NCBI GenBank assembly: GCA_048885925.1
Contig: JBHLLG010000004.1
Location: forward strand, 1-64,000
DNA: 64,000 bases
Direction of reading: 5' to 3'
Source of the DNA: Candidatus Hermodarchaeota archaeon
Lineage (GTDB): Archaea > Asgardarchaeota > Lokiarchaeia > Sigyniarchaeales > SOKP01
Below the pieces are notes generated by a model. That model saw only the letters and a list, made by a program, of their open reading frames with translations. It did no database searches and had not been told where the DNA came from. This document shows, in pieces, positions 1 through 9,491 of the stretch; the stretch's first letter is position 1; each line of letters begins with the position of its first letter. A program made the position numbers and the translations under genes.

Positions 1-300
1 AAATAAATTGCTACTTGCTTGGGTGACGTTATATACACATTCATGAGAGCCAAGTATTTCAATTGTAGCTTTTGGGTTCTTTGTCTTGGAAACACCAAAT
101 GCTAGAATATTCGCAATATTAGGAAAGGCTATCACATTTAAACTGGATTTGAAATTTTGAATAACTCCGAGTTCTACCATTGACTTTACTCGTTTATGGA
201 TGGAATTGACACTCATATTAAACATTTCTGCTAGCTCTCGATATGAAATTCTTGAATTCGTCATTAAGATCATTGAAATCATGAAATCAATTTCATCCAT
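1..300 (-). CDS. Lrp/AsnC-family transcriptional regulator (N-terminal part; runs off the window start)
   Basis: Manual translation from ATG at 300-298: MDEIDFMISMILMTNSRISYRELAEMFNMSVNSIHKRVKSMVELGVI..., a typical AsnC HTH. Not in the ORF track. Confidence 0.8.
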   Translation of the reverse strand, partial: MDEIDFMISMILMTNSRISYRELAEMFNMSVNSIHKRVKSMVELGVIQNFKSSLNVIAFPNIANILAFGVSKTKNPKATIEILGSHECVYNVTQASSNLF

Positions 301-429
301 AATAGATCAAGATTGAACTTTTTTTGGTTAGATCTCTTTTTTAAATATAAGATTTTAATTCTTATAAATTTAAGAGCATATTAGTGAAATTATGTTTTAA
401 ATAATATATAGTTAAGATAGATTATAATT

Positions 430-1026
430 ATGGATCTTACATTTTTTATCAAATCATCAACGATTAATATTGATAACTACACACTTAAGGATATTCCTGG
501 ATCTTCTGGTCGATTAGACGTTATTTCACGATGTATTCTTGCAACCCTTTTGAATAAGGACAGATTTGAAAAAAATTGCCAGATATGGGTTTTTTTAGAT
601 CGTTATGGTACATATATTTTTAATCCCGAGTTTTTCAATTATGAAACTTTTCCTAAAAATGAATTGTTGTTTACAGATTATTTTGTTGGATTCTTGCGTA
701 AACGCCATTATACTGAGGATTTACGTTCAAACCCATTAAAATCAGTTAATTATTCCGAGATGGATTTAATAGAATCTATAATATACTTTCAAAAATTAAA
801 ATATGATTTATATTTATTACATGAACAAAGTAAAGATTCTTTTAATGAGTTAAGTAGTATTAAAAAAAAAGAGAAAATAGTTTTTATATTAGGGAGCCAA
901 GATGATGAATATCTTAATTCAAATGAAATATTAGCATTACAAATTCCAACTATAAGTCTTGGAAATCAATCGTATCTAGCTTCTTCAGTAATTCGATTAT
1001 TGAAATTATATATTTTAGCATTATAA
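430..1026 (+). CDS. trmY: tRNA (pseudouridine54-N1)-methyltransferase, SPOUT family
   Basis: SSGRLDVISRCI motif; C-terminal SPOUT knot FILGS...ISLG...YLAS. Confidence 0.8.
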   Translation: MDLTFFIKSSTINIDNYTLKDIPGSSGRLDVISRCILATLLNKDRFEKNCQIWVFLDRYGTYIFNPEFFNYETFPKNELLFTDYFVGFLRKRHYTEDLRSNPLKSVNYSEMDLIESIIYFQKLKYDLYLLHEQSKDSFNELSSIKKKEKIVFILGSQDDEYLNSNEILALQIPTISLGNQSYLASSVIRLLKLYILAL

Positions 1027-1037
1027 TAAATTTTTTA

Positions 1038-1805
1038 TTGAAAAGAACTTTTAACTTTGTATTCATAATAAAGGATACTTTACTGAATTTGAGTGATCTT
1101 GGACATCTTAACAAAAAAAGGACAAATCAAAAAGAATTACTTGATAGATTTATAGATGGTCCAGTAAAATTTCTTATTAAAAATAATTTTTCACCTAATA
1201 TTCTTTCATTTATAGGTTTCTTATTCTCTCTAGGAGCAGCCTTTTTAATTGGATTAAACTTTTTATATGATTTCTTCTGGTTCGCTTGGCTTGTACCCTT
1301 TTTAATGTTTTGGGCTGGAGCATTCGATGTTTTTGATGGAGAAGTGGCGAGAAGGACAGGTAAAATAACTAAATCCGGTGCTTTTTTAGATTCAAATTTA
1401 GATAGATTATCTGATGCCCTACTGATTCTAGGTTTAATATTTAGTGGTTTTATCAATTATATTCTAGGTTATTTTATAATGTTTTTAATAATAATGATTT
1501 CTTATATTCGGGCGAGGGCTGAGAGTGAAGGGATTGATATGAGAGGTGTTGGTTTTATGGAAAGAGCGGAAAGATTAATTATTTTAATGGTTGCTTTAAG
1601 TGTAGAAACGTGGATTTATCATTTTTCATATATTATAACAGGAATACGGTGGACTGTACTGATTCCTCTTATAACATCAATACCAGTTACTTGGTTTTTC
1701 TTATTTTTCATTTCTGGATTTATTACATTATTAATAATTACTGTTTGTCAACGTTTAATACATACTTTTAAGTCCTTAAGTAAAATAGATGTGCGGAAAG
1801 ATTAA
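1038..1805 (+). CDS. CDP-alcohol phosphatidyltransferase (archaetidylinositol-phosphate synthase-like); true start may lie downstream
   Basis: DVFDGEVARRTG...GAFLDSNLDRLSD signature; SYIRARAE; RAER; hydrophobic segments. Confidence 0.85.
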   Translation: MKRTFNFVFIIKDTLLNLSDLGHLNKKRTNQKELLDRFIDGPVKFLIKNNFSPNILSFIGFLFSLGAAFLIGLNFLYDFFWFAWLVPFLMFWAGAFDVFDGEVARRTGKITKSGAFLDSNLDRLSDALLILGLIFSGFINYILGYFIMFLIIMISYIRARAESEGIDMRGVGFMERAERLIILMVALSVETWIYHFSYIITGIRWTVLIPLITSIPVTWFFLFFISGFITLLIITVCQRLIHTFKSLSKIDVRKD

Positions 1806-1950
1806 TTTCAATCTTAGAAATAAATTGGATTTCAAAAGTTAAGGATTTTCTTTATAAAATAAATGAAAGGATAAATTTTTTAAGTTTTGTCCTATTAAAT
1901 TTTTTATAACCATTAAAACAAATTTAAAAAACTAAAAATAGCTGATTTTT

Positions 1951-2223
1951 ATTCCTAAAAAGAGAAAGAGTAGAGGACGAAGCGGAAGTAATAAAGGTAG
2001 ATATTCAAGAGTTCAATGTAGTAATTGTGGAAGATTTGTGGCACGAAGTAAAGCGAAGGCTGTAACGAGAAGAGTCTCGTTAGTTGATGGTCGAATGTAT
2101 ACCGAATTAAAAAAAGCAGGTACAATTATTCAAGCTCCGAGTAAAACACAATATTACTGTATTAGTTGCGCAATTCATGGGCACCAAATTAGTCAAAGAG
2201 ATAAGAATTTAAGAAAAGAATAG
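1951..2223 (+). CDS. rps26e: 30S ribosomal protein eS26 (probable ATT start)
   Basis: The frame extends 29 codons upstream of the called GTG: (I/M)PKKRKSRGRSGSNKGRYSRVQCSNCGRFVARSKAK...YYCISCAIH, with two CxxC zinc knuckles typical of eS26. Confidence 0.9.
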   Translation: MPKKRKSRGRSGSNKGRYSRVQCSNCGRFVARSKAKAVTRRVSLVDGRMYTELKKAGTIIQAPSKTQYYCISCAIHGHQISQRDKNLRKE

Positions 2224-2280
2224 GTAAAGGTAATTCTATTTATCCAGTTTTATATTCTCAATAATTAAGAACTAAAAATC

Positions 2281-4269
2281 TTATAAATTCAATTGTTTAA
2301 AGAAGGATGGAAGAGTATAAGTTATTTGAACTTGATCTTTTTCAAGAGTTTCAATAATTGCTCGTATTAAGAATCTATTTTTCAAATCGTCATCAGGTTC
2401 ATAAATTTTTAATTTTGAGTTTGATTTTAACTTAAGAGTGTAATTTTCAGCAATTCCAGTGACATTTTCACTTGTTTTCAGTTTAACTCCAAGCAATCCT
2501 AATTCATAATGAGAGACAATAAATAAGATTTGGTCTGGAGAATCTTTTGATTTTTCAAAATATACTACTTCTAAATAATCATCTTTAAGTTCCTTTGGTA
2601 ATTTTGAGAAAGTAGTTAGCTTTTTTTTACCAGTTATATATGGAAATGGCGTATAAAATAATAGGTTGAAACTTGAAATTTTTTTAATCTGTTCATTATA
2701 TTTTTCAACATCTTTGATTTCGTAGGATTTATTTAATAATAAGTCTAATTTATCAACCATATCTTCTGCTGAATAACCATCTAGCACTGTCGCAATATAT
2801 GATCTCTTTAATTTTTCAATCAAAGTTTCGCTTTTAAAGGATAATTTATAATCTATTGAAATTTCTAATGCTTGGTTGTAAAGGTTTGTGGCAATTTGTG
2901 AGTGCCCTAGTGCCAAAAAATAATCTCCTAACTCACTAAATACTATTATAGCATCCATAAAATTTTCTTCTAAATCGATCTTTGATATTTCTTCCATGAT
3001 ACTTATTGCGGCATTCTTATTTTTCCCTTGTATATAAATGGCTATAGCTTTACCTATTAAGCATTTGAGTCTTAATTTATCATCTTCATAAATATCAGCG
3101 AGTTCTTCCGTGAAGTTGTATTGTTTAATAGCATTTTCATTAAGCCCATGAAATAAATATATCAAGGCTTTAATGTAGTTTAGAGTTAAACAAGTTTTAT
3201 AATTATGAATTATTACGGAAAATAATGCTGCTCTCTCAAGTGAATCGATTGCTGCGTTAACACGACCAAGAGAAATCAATAAAAATGCTCTTAAAAATTC
3301 CATTTTACTAATTTCAGAGCATATTAGTTGCTCTACAATATCATAATCTTTTGCATTTGTCAGTTGTCCTGAGGCCACTTGAAGTAATGAGACCAAAAAT
3401 CCATTACCCGTTTTTAAGTATTTTACTGCATCTTTTTGTTGACTTTTTACAATAGCTTCGCGTGCCCGAATAATATATTCTCGAGCAATTTTTAAATTTT
3501 CAAGAAATTTTATAATCCCAAATATTTTTTCCTCCTTACTTTGTGAAAGAGGCTCATTTGAAATATATTGCTCAGCGATTTCAATTTCTTCCATATATTT
3601 GGATGTTCCAATTTCAAACTTTACACCTGTATTTGGATTTTCTATTTCAACATCTTTAGTTATTATCGAGGTTTCTGTTACAGCAATCGCTTTTTCTATT
3701 AACCATGTTATCTTTTGTTCGGCAGGATAGATTTTCGACCTTTCTATCATATAGGAAAGTGTATAATTTAAGCTCTTCTTCCAAATTTCTTTAAAATATT
3801 TTCTTAACTGAGAATTAGTTATCGATTTTTGAATTTTTAATAGAAAGCTTGAAAGAGACAAAATATTGATTTTTCCTTTATATAGCAAATTTGTGTTTTT
3901 TGCTAGTTTAAAATCATCAGTTACGAGGTGAACAGTTAGAGTGTTATTATCGTCTAATAGTCTCTTTCCAATACAAACAAGAGTGAGATCTGGATCTTGG
4001 GCAGGAAATCTAACATTAAATTGGCTCAGATCATTCTTTATTGCCTCAATTTCGCCAGCAAATACTTTTTCAACATTAATAAAGCTTTTTAATTTATCTT
4101 TATAAGTATGCGGTGCTTTTATTTCATCAAAAACGATCTCAGAGATATAATACACATATCCTAAGTCATTTGCAGCACTTTCCAAATTTCCCAGAATATT
4201 GCGTGCTTTGATTTGTAGCATACAAATGAAGAAATTTGCATCAAAAATGAAAGTTTCAGGCTTACGCAT
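2281..4269 (-). CDS. PIN-domain protein fused to a TPR-like helical region
   Basis: N-terminal FIFDANFFI...E...DPDLTL...LVTDD PIN acidic pattern, followed by TPR-like helices (LGDYFLALGHSQIATNLYNQAL). Confidence 0.6.
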   Translation of the reverse strand: MRKPETFIFDANFFICMLQIKARNILGNLESAANDLGYVYYISEIVFDEIKAPHTYKDKLKSFINVEKVFAGEIEAIKNDLSQFNVRFPAQDPDLTLVCIGKRLLDDNNTLTVHLVTDDFKLAKNTNLLYKGKINILSLSSFLLKIQKSITNSQLRKYFKEIWKKSLNYTLSYMIERSKIYPAEQKITWLIEKAIAVTETSIITKDVEIENPNTGVKFEIGTSKYMEEIEIAEQYISNEPLSQSKEEKIFGIIKFLENLKIAREYIIRAREAIVKSQQKDAVKYLKTGNGFLVSLLQVASGQLTNAKDYDIVEQLICSEISKMEFLRAFLLISLGRVNAAIDSLERAALFSVIIHNYKTCLTLNYIKALIYLFHGLNENAIKQYNFTEELADIYEDDKLRLKCLIGKAIAIYIQGKNKNAAISIMEEISKIDLEENFMDAIIVFSELGDYFLALGHSQIATNLYNQALEISIDYKLSFKSETLIEKLKRSYIATVLDGYSAEDMVDKLDLLLNKSYEIKDVEKYNEQIKKISSFNLLFYTPFPYITGKKKLTTFSKLPKELKDDYLEVVYFEKSKDSPDQILFIVSHYELGLLGVKLKTSENVTGIAENYTLKLKSNSKLKIYEPDDDLKNRFLIRAIIETLEKDQVQITYTLPSFFKQLNL

Positions 4270-4371
4270 TACAAAAGCATAAATTTTTTTGAATTTTTTA
4301 TAAAAATCATATTTAAATAAATATTAATTAGAAAAGTAATATATTTTTTTTTCATTGAAATAGAAAAAGAA

Positions 4372-4902
4372 TTGGAAATGATTCATAGTATGGATATTAA
4401 AGTTATTTCTGTTATAGGATATTCTGGCTCCGGAAAAACAAATTTCATTTCACTTGCAATAAAATTACTTAAAGAAAAATTAAATTATAACGTTGCCGTT
4501 ATTAAAAACGTAAAACATCATCCAATCGATAAGAAGGGGAAGGATTCTTATAAATTTACTGAAGCTGGGGCAATTTTTTCAGTAATTCACAATGTTGATA
4601 ATGAAACTGCCATTTTCTTCAAAGATAAGGACAACAAATTAGTATCAATTCAAAATTGGTTAGCAGCAGGACCATATAAAATAGATTTATTGTTTACTGA
4701 AGGTTTTAGAAACTTGAATCATCCAACTGTATTATGTGTATCGAATTCAAATGAAATTGAAGAGCAATTGACAGTATATGTTAAAGCTATTTCTGGCGTA
4801 ATATGTTCAAAAGATTTAAGTGAAAATAGTATAAGAAATCTACCTATAATAGATTTGGAGAATACTTTTCCAAGGTTTTTAAAAATATTTAACTTAAATT
4901 GA
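4372..4902 (+). CDS. mobB: molybdopterin-guanine dinucleotide biosynthesis protein B
   Basis: GYSGSGKT P-loop, VAVIK..H, GKDSYKF..AGA, EGFR. Confidence 0.85.
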   Translation: MEMIHSMDIKVISVIGYSGSGKTNFISLAIKLLKEKLNYNVAVIKNVKHHPIDKKGKDSYKFTEAGAIFSVIHNVDNETAIFFKDKDNKLVSIQNWLAAGPYKIDLLFTEGFRNLNHPTVLCVSNSNEIEEQLTVYVKAISGVICSKDLSENSIRNLPIIDLENTFPRFLKIFNLN

Positions 4903-4917
4903 AATCTTAATTTATCC

Positions 4918-6843
4918 TTATTTTACAAGTCTCCAAAATGGAGCAAGTTGTTGGCTCAAAAGTCTAAAATCTTTAATAATTTGTTGATCTTTAACATCAG
5001 ATATTAGATATTCACTTAATTTTGTGTTTATCTCAATTTCGTTTGAAGGATCTTTTACAGAATTTCGAATATCTTGAATAAATTTATTAATTGGAACAAT
5101 TATATCGAATATTAACCATTCTTCGAAGAATGGTTGATTAGAAAAAGTCTGTATATTATAAGTAATCATAATTTGTATTAATTCTTCAAGAGAATAAAAA
5201 TGTTTTTCAGGTATAGTTACATTGAACTTGCTTAATTCTTCTTGAAGTTGTTCTCTATTTAAACTAATTATATAATCAGGCCAGACATCATCAGAATAAT
5301 TAATATCTTGAAAAACAAATAGTTCTAAAACTCTTAAAGCAATATTTTTCCCAATATAACGACTCCGCGGATCAATAAAATTGTTTGATGCCTCAGCAGG
5401 AGAATTTCTCATGAAAATTTTATCAATTAACACATAAAGAATTCTACAAATATGATCAACAATAATATTAAATGTAAATGGTGTATCTTTTGGATCTTCT
5501 TTAAGAATTTCATTCTCTTGAGCGATTTTATTAGAAAAGCTTGAATTAAAACTTTTTAAGAATGTTGTAAAAAAACCATAGTTCAATTGAGAAACATTTC
5601 TTTTAAATACTTTTTCAAAGAAAAGGTTAATATGTTTAATTTTTGATAAGGCAGAGATGAAATTAAGAAATTCTTTGATATTTTTAATAGAATTAGCTCC
5701 TATTACATTATCAATCTCTTTATTATATTGATTTAAGGTTGTTTTAAAAATTCTTGGTAAAAATAATAAATCTCCAACTTCTAAGGCTTCAAGACCACTC
5801 CCAAAATAATATTTCATATATAGTAGAAATAAGTTAAACTGAGATTTTGGAGATGGAAGATTATTTGCTTGAAATGTTGAATATAATGTTGACTTTTTAT
5901 CAAGATATTCAAAAAATCTTATAATTGAATTCTTTTTCTCAGTTGTATATTCAGAAAGATTCGCTAAGAATTCCTTTCTAATAATGTCGAGTTTGGAGAA
6001 TACTGAATCTTCAACTCTAGCGCCTACAAAATTGAAAAAATCTAATAAGGGAGAAAAACTTTGCAATAAGTTACATTTTTTATAAAAATAGTATAATAGG
6101 TCAACTAACCTTTCTTTTGAAGAAGAATATTCATTTAATGCAACTTGATATAAATTTTCTCTTCCTTTTAAGAGATCTTCATAATATTCTTCTGGGATAC
6201 CTTTAAATTGTCTAAGAAAATAATATAAAACCATTTTATAATATGAAGCGAAAATCTCATCCTTACTTTCCTTACAGATTATCATAAAATTCAAATTTTT
6301 ATTTGAAACTCCATCTTTAAAATTAACACCGTCAAGTGAAATAAAAATGTTTTCTTGAATTGTGTTTCTAATAATCATTCCGAGAAAGCTAGTTAGAAAG
6401 TAAAGATAACCGGGAAAAATTGAAAATCCATATAATATTTCAACTTGATATTTATTAGCAATGCTTATAAATTGTTCTTCTTCATTGGAATTAGAAATAT
6501 AATTATATTCAAACAAAATAATTTTATCAGATATTTTCTCTTTGACAAATAAATTTAAAGAATTTTCATTAAAACCAAAAAATACACACAAAAAGTATAG
6601 AAGTATTTCATGAAAATTTTCATAAAAAAATGAAGTAAAAGTCCTTTTAATTAGTCGATTTTGATTTTGATTTCTAAAAATATCCCATTTCGATCTAATC
6701 TCATTTTTAAATTCTTCAAATTTAGAGCTATTTTTCTCTAAAATTTTAAAAAAAGCATGATTAAAAGACTTAAAGCTTAAGTCTTGCTTATTAAATCTTT
6801 CTTGAAGTTCTTCTATGATATATCTTAATTCTCTAAAAGCCAA
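4918..6843 (-). CDS. hypothetical protein (641 aa, helical)
   Basis: Long uninterrupted ORF; no recognised motif. Confidence 0.6.
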   Translation of the reverse strand: MAFRELRYIIEELQERFNKQDLSFKSFNHAFFKILEKNSSKFEEFKNEIRSKWDIFRNQNQNRLIKRTFTSFFYENFHEILLYFLCVFFGFNENSLNLFVKEKISDKIILFEYNYISNSNEEEQFISIANKYQVEILYGFSIFPGYLYFLTSFLGMIIRNTIQENIFISLDGVNFKDGVSNKNLNFMIICKESKDEIFASYYKMVLYYFLRQFKGIPEEYYEDLLKGRENLYQVALNEYSSSKERLVDLLYYFYKKCNLLQSFSPLLDFFNFVGARVEDSVFSKLDIIRKEFLANLSEYTTEKKNSIIRFFEYLDKKSTLYSTFQANNLPSPKSQFNLFLLYMKYYFGSGLEALEVGDLLFLPRIFKTTLNQYNKEIDNVIGANSIKNIKEFLNFISALSKIKHINLFFEKVFKRNVSQLNYGFFTTFLKSFNSSFSNKIAQENEILKEDPKDTPFTFNIIVDHICRILYVLIDKIFMRNSPAEASNNFIDPRSRYIGKNIALRVLELFVFQDINYSDDVWPDYIISLNREQLQEELSKFNVTIPEKHFYSLEELIQIMITYNIQTFSNQPFFEEWLIFDIIVPINKFIQDIRNSVKDPSNEIEINTKLSEYLISDVKDQQIIKDFRLLSQQLAPFWRLVK

Positions 6844-7014
6844 CTTTGATCAATTATTCAATTAAACTATCTATTTATTCTGTTTAAACAAGGCTAAGAA
6901 TTTAAAACTATTTATGATAGAAATAAAAATTTGAGAATAAAAATCTTAGGTAAATAGGATAAAGATATTTAATTTGATTAAAATGAAAAACTATATAATA
7001 ATTTTCGAGAGTAA

Positions 7015-8043
7015 TTAAAAGAGTTTAGTGATTTCATCGGTTTCTGAGTAATTAAGAGGATATATATTCCCATCTTTTTTTTTTACCCTCAAACCTTTAC
7101 TCTTAGAAGCAATATTACCTATCTGTTTTGCAAGAATATTATTTTTTCTCAATAAGGAGATCAAATCAGACGAATCTTTCTGATTTATAGCAATTAAAAG
7201 GGATCCAGATGATATGGTATTATATGGATTTAAATCAAACACATTGCTTAAGATTTTTGCTTCTTCTAAGATATGAATTTTTTCCTCTTCGATTAATGCC
7301 CCCGTATTTGATGCTATTGTCATTTCAGCTATAGCAGTATAAATTCCGCCTTCTGTTGGGTCGTGCATAGCATTTAAGTTAAAATGTTCATTTGCCAAAA
7401 GAGCTTCTTTAAAAACACTTATACCAGGATTATGAAGATAATTTTTACATTTTTCAACAAAATCATGGCTAAAATCTCTTTTTATTAATTCATTTTCTTT
7501 TTCGCGTCCTATAATAGAGGTACCTTCAATAAAAATACCTTTTGTTAAAATGAGGGCATCTCCTATTTTTGCACCCGTGGTAAGTACAAGGTTTTTTTTC
7601 TCCACTTCTCCCACTAAAGATCCTATTACAATTGGTCTATTCAATCCCGGTGTTATTTCAGTATGACCCCCTACCACCGTTATTCCCATAGATTTACATG
7701 TACTATGAATACTTTTAAATATATTTTCAATCATCTCACTTGAAGTTAGTTTCTCGGGTAATAATATTGTAGATTGAAACCATTTTGGTTTAGCTCCTGT
7801 ACATACAAGATCATTAACATTAACTATTACTGCATAATAGCCAATTTCAACAGTCGCAAAGGTAACTGGATCTGTTTTTAATACTAAATAATTTTTTCCG
7901 GGTATATCAATCACTGCCGCATCCTCACCGATTTTAGAACCCATGATTACTCTATTATCTTCTATATCTAATTTTGAGAGTAATTGAGCTAAATATTTAT
8001 GTTTAAGCTTTCCAAGAGTAAATTTTTCATTAAATCTGTTCAT
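7015..8043 (-). CDS. AIR synthase-related protein (PurM/HypE/ThiL superfamily)
   Basis: GEDAAV, KTDP, NVNDL..GAKP, VGGHTE, MHDPTEGG motifs. Confidence 0.85.
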   Translation of the reverse strand: MNRFNEKFTLGKLKHKYLAQLLSKLDIEDNRVIMGSKIGEDAAVIDIPGKNYLVLKTDPVTFATVEIGYYAVIVNVNDLVCTGAKPKWFQSTILLPEKLTSSEMIENIFKSIHSTCKSMGITVVGGHTEITPGLNRPIVIGSLVGEVEKKNLVLTTGAKIGDALILTKGIFIEGTSIIGREKENELIKRDFSHDFVEKCKNYLHNPGISVFKEALLANEHFNLNAMHDPTEGGIYTAIAEMTIASNTGALIEEEKIHILEEAKILSNVFDLNPYNTISSGSLLIAINQKDSSDLISLLRKNNILAKQIGNIASKSKGLRVKKKDGNIYPLNYSETDEITKLF

Positions 8044-8212
8044 TATTATAGTCTTTTTAGGAGTTCATAATTTATTAAAATTTTGAGAGATATTACTGTT
8101 CTTTAATTCTTTGTTATATCTTTAACTTTAGGTGATATGATAGAAAATATACCTGCTTAACTGTGTGTAAAATAGTTCATTCACACCCTAAAGTTTAAAA
8201 TCTTGTTCTTCC

Positions 8213-8797
8213 TTGAAAATAATAAGATATATTTATTCACTTATAAAAAAGAGTCTGGATGAAATGGGATTTGGAAAAGCATTTTTATTAAGTATAGCTG
8301 CATTTGTTGGATTAAATTTTATTTTTACTATAATATATTTTGCACTTGGAGCTGGATTTGATGTTTTGTTCACAACAATTCAAGAATACCCACTTATGAT
8401 TATATATTATTTATTTGGTTCAATTATCAGTTTACCTAATATAAACTTAAATTGGGCAATAGCTGAACCTTTTTTAAATAATAATATGGATTATTTAGTT
8501 TTAGGGATTGGATATTTAACCGCTCCTATAATAGCAGCTATTCTTGCAGGGAGATTTGGAGAAAATAAAGGTCAATCATTTGGAGGATGGCTTTTAACAG
8601 TGATTATTAGTACTGTATCAGTAATAATTGCAGCATTTTTAAGTGGTACTACTGAAGCCACAATTTTGACTTTATATTTAGATCCATTAGTAGATGGATT
8701 TAACGAGCTTTTAATTTTTGTAATACTTAGCTGTATCGTAAATCTAGTATTTTATGGCTTCTTTGCTCTACTCTTTTCTAAAATAGAATATTACTAA
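8213..8797 (+). CDS. hypothetical membrane protein (start may be the later ATG, MGFGKAF)
   Basis: About five hydrophobic segments. Confidence 0.6.
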   Translation: MKIIRYIYSLIKKSLDEMGFGKAFLLSIAAFVGLNFIFTIIYFALGAGFDVLFTTIQEYPLMIIYYLFGSIISLPNINLNWAIAEPFLNNNMDYLVLGIGYLTAPIIAAILAGRFGENKGQSFGGWLLTVIISTVSVIIAAFLSGTTEATILTLYLDPLVDGFNELLIFVILSCIVNLVFYGFFALLFSKIEYY

Positions 8798-9148
8798 TTT
8801 AAAATTTTAATATTTTTTTTATATATCTCTATAAAATTAAATGGAGATCTAAAATATCTTATTCTGTGAAATGTTTTCCAAAAATGAGTTATATTTTTAT
8901 ATTTTAATCAAGATTAATCTTTAGGAAGGGAAACAAAATTTTCAATCTTACATTGGATTTCGCCTTTAAAAACCTTTTTTTTATATTAAATTTGAATTTT
9001 GTATTCCTTATCCTCTTCTTTTTAATAGATCTAAATTAGAATTTTAATTCTTTCAGTTATATTAATGGTTTAATAACACTCCAACTCTGAAATTAATATA
9101 AGTAAAAGAATAGTATTAGTAAATCTAAATACATAGGTCATTTATAGA

Positions 9149-9484
9149 ATGAGTTCTGGAAAATTAGAACAAGGGTATCCCAAAAATTATGAAGTTAGTT
9201 ACAATTTTGATGAATTTACTATTTTGAACGAAATAAATTCTCAATTTAGTGATTTTACTGCATCACGGTTATATAAAAGATATAAAAATTCGCATTATAC
9301 TGATAATGTATCACACACTAATGAGGTTACTATTGATATTCATCTTAAAATGGTAGAAAAAATACATAAGATTTTATTGAACTCTCAAAATCTTACTCAA
9401 AAACAGAAATTTGAATATTGTAATAGCCAAAGACTTTATATGAAATTATATTTAAAAAAGATCTATGACAAAATTTATGATTAA
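9149..9484 (+). CDS. hypothetical protein
   Basis: 111-aa ORF with ATG start, filling the intergenic space. Confidence 0.45.
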   Translation: MSSGKLEQGYPKNYEVSYNFDEFTILNEINSQFSDFTASRLYKRYKNSHYTDNVSHTNEVTIDIHLKMVEKIHKILLNSQNLTQKQKFEYCNSQRLYMKLYLKKIYDKIYD

Positions 9485-9491
9485 GAATAGA

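Noticed and set aside
7015-8043. Calling this gene hypE or selD
   Set aside because: It has only superfamily-level motifs. It lacks the HypE C-terminal PRIC and the SelD N-terminal Cys/Sec-x-x-Lys motif.
8800-9148. Possible degraded ORF on the minus strand of this spacer
   Set aside because: Multiple stops and no recognisable similarity; cannot be supported.
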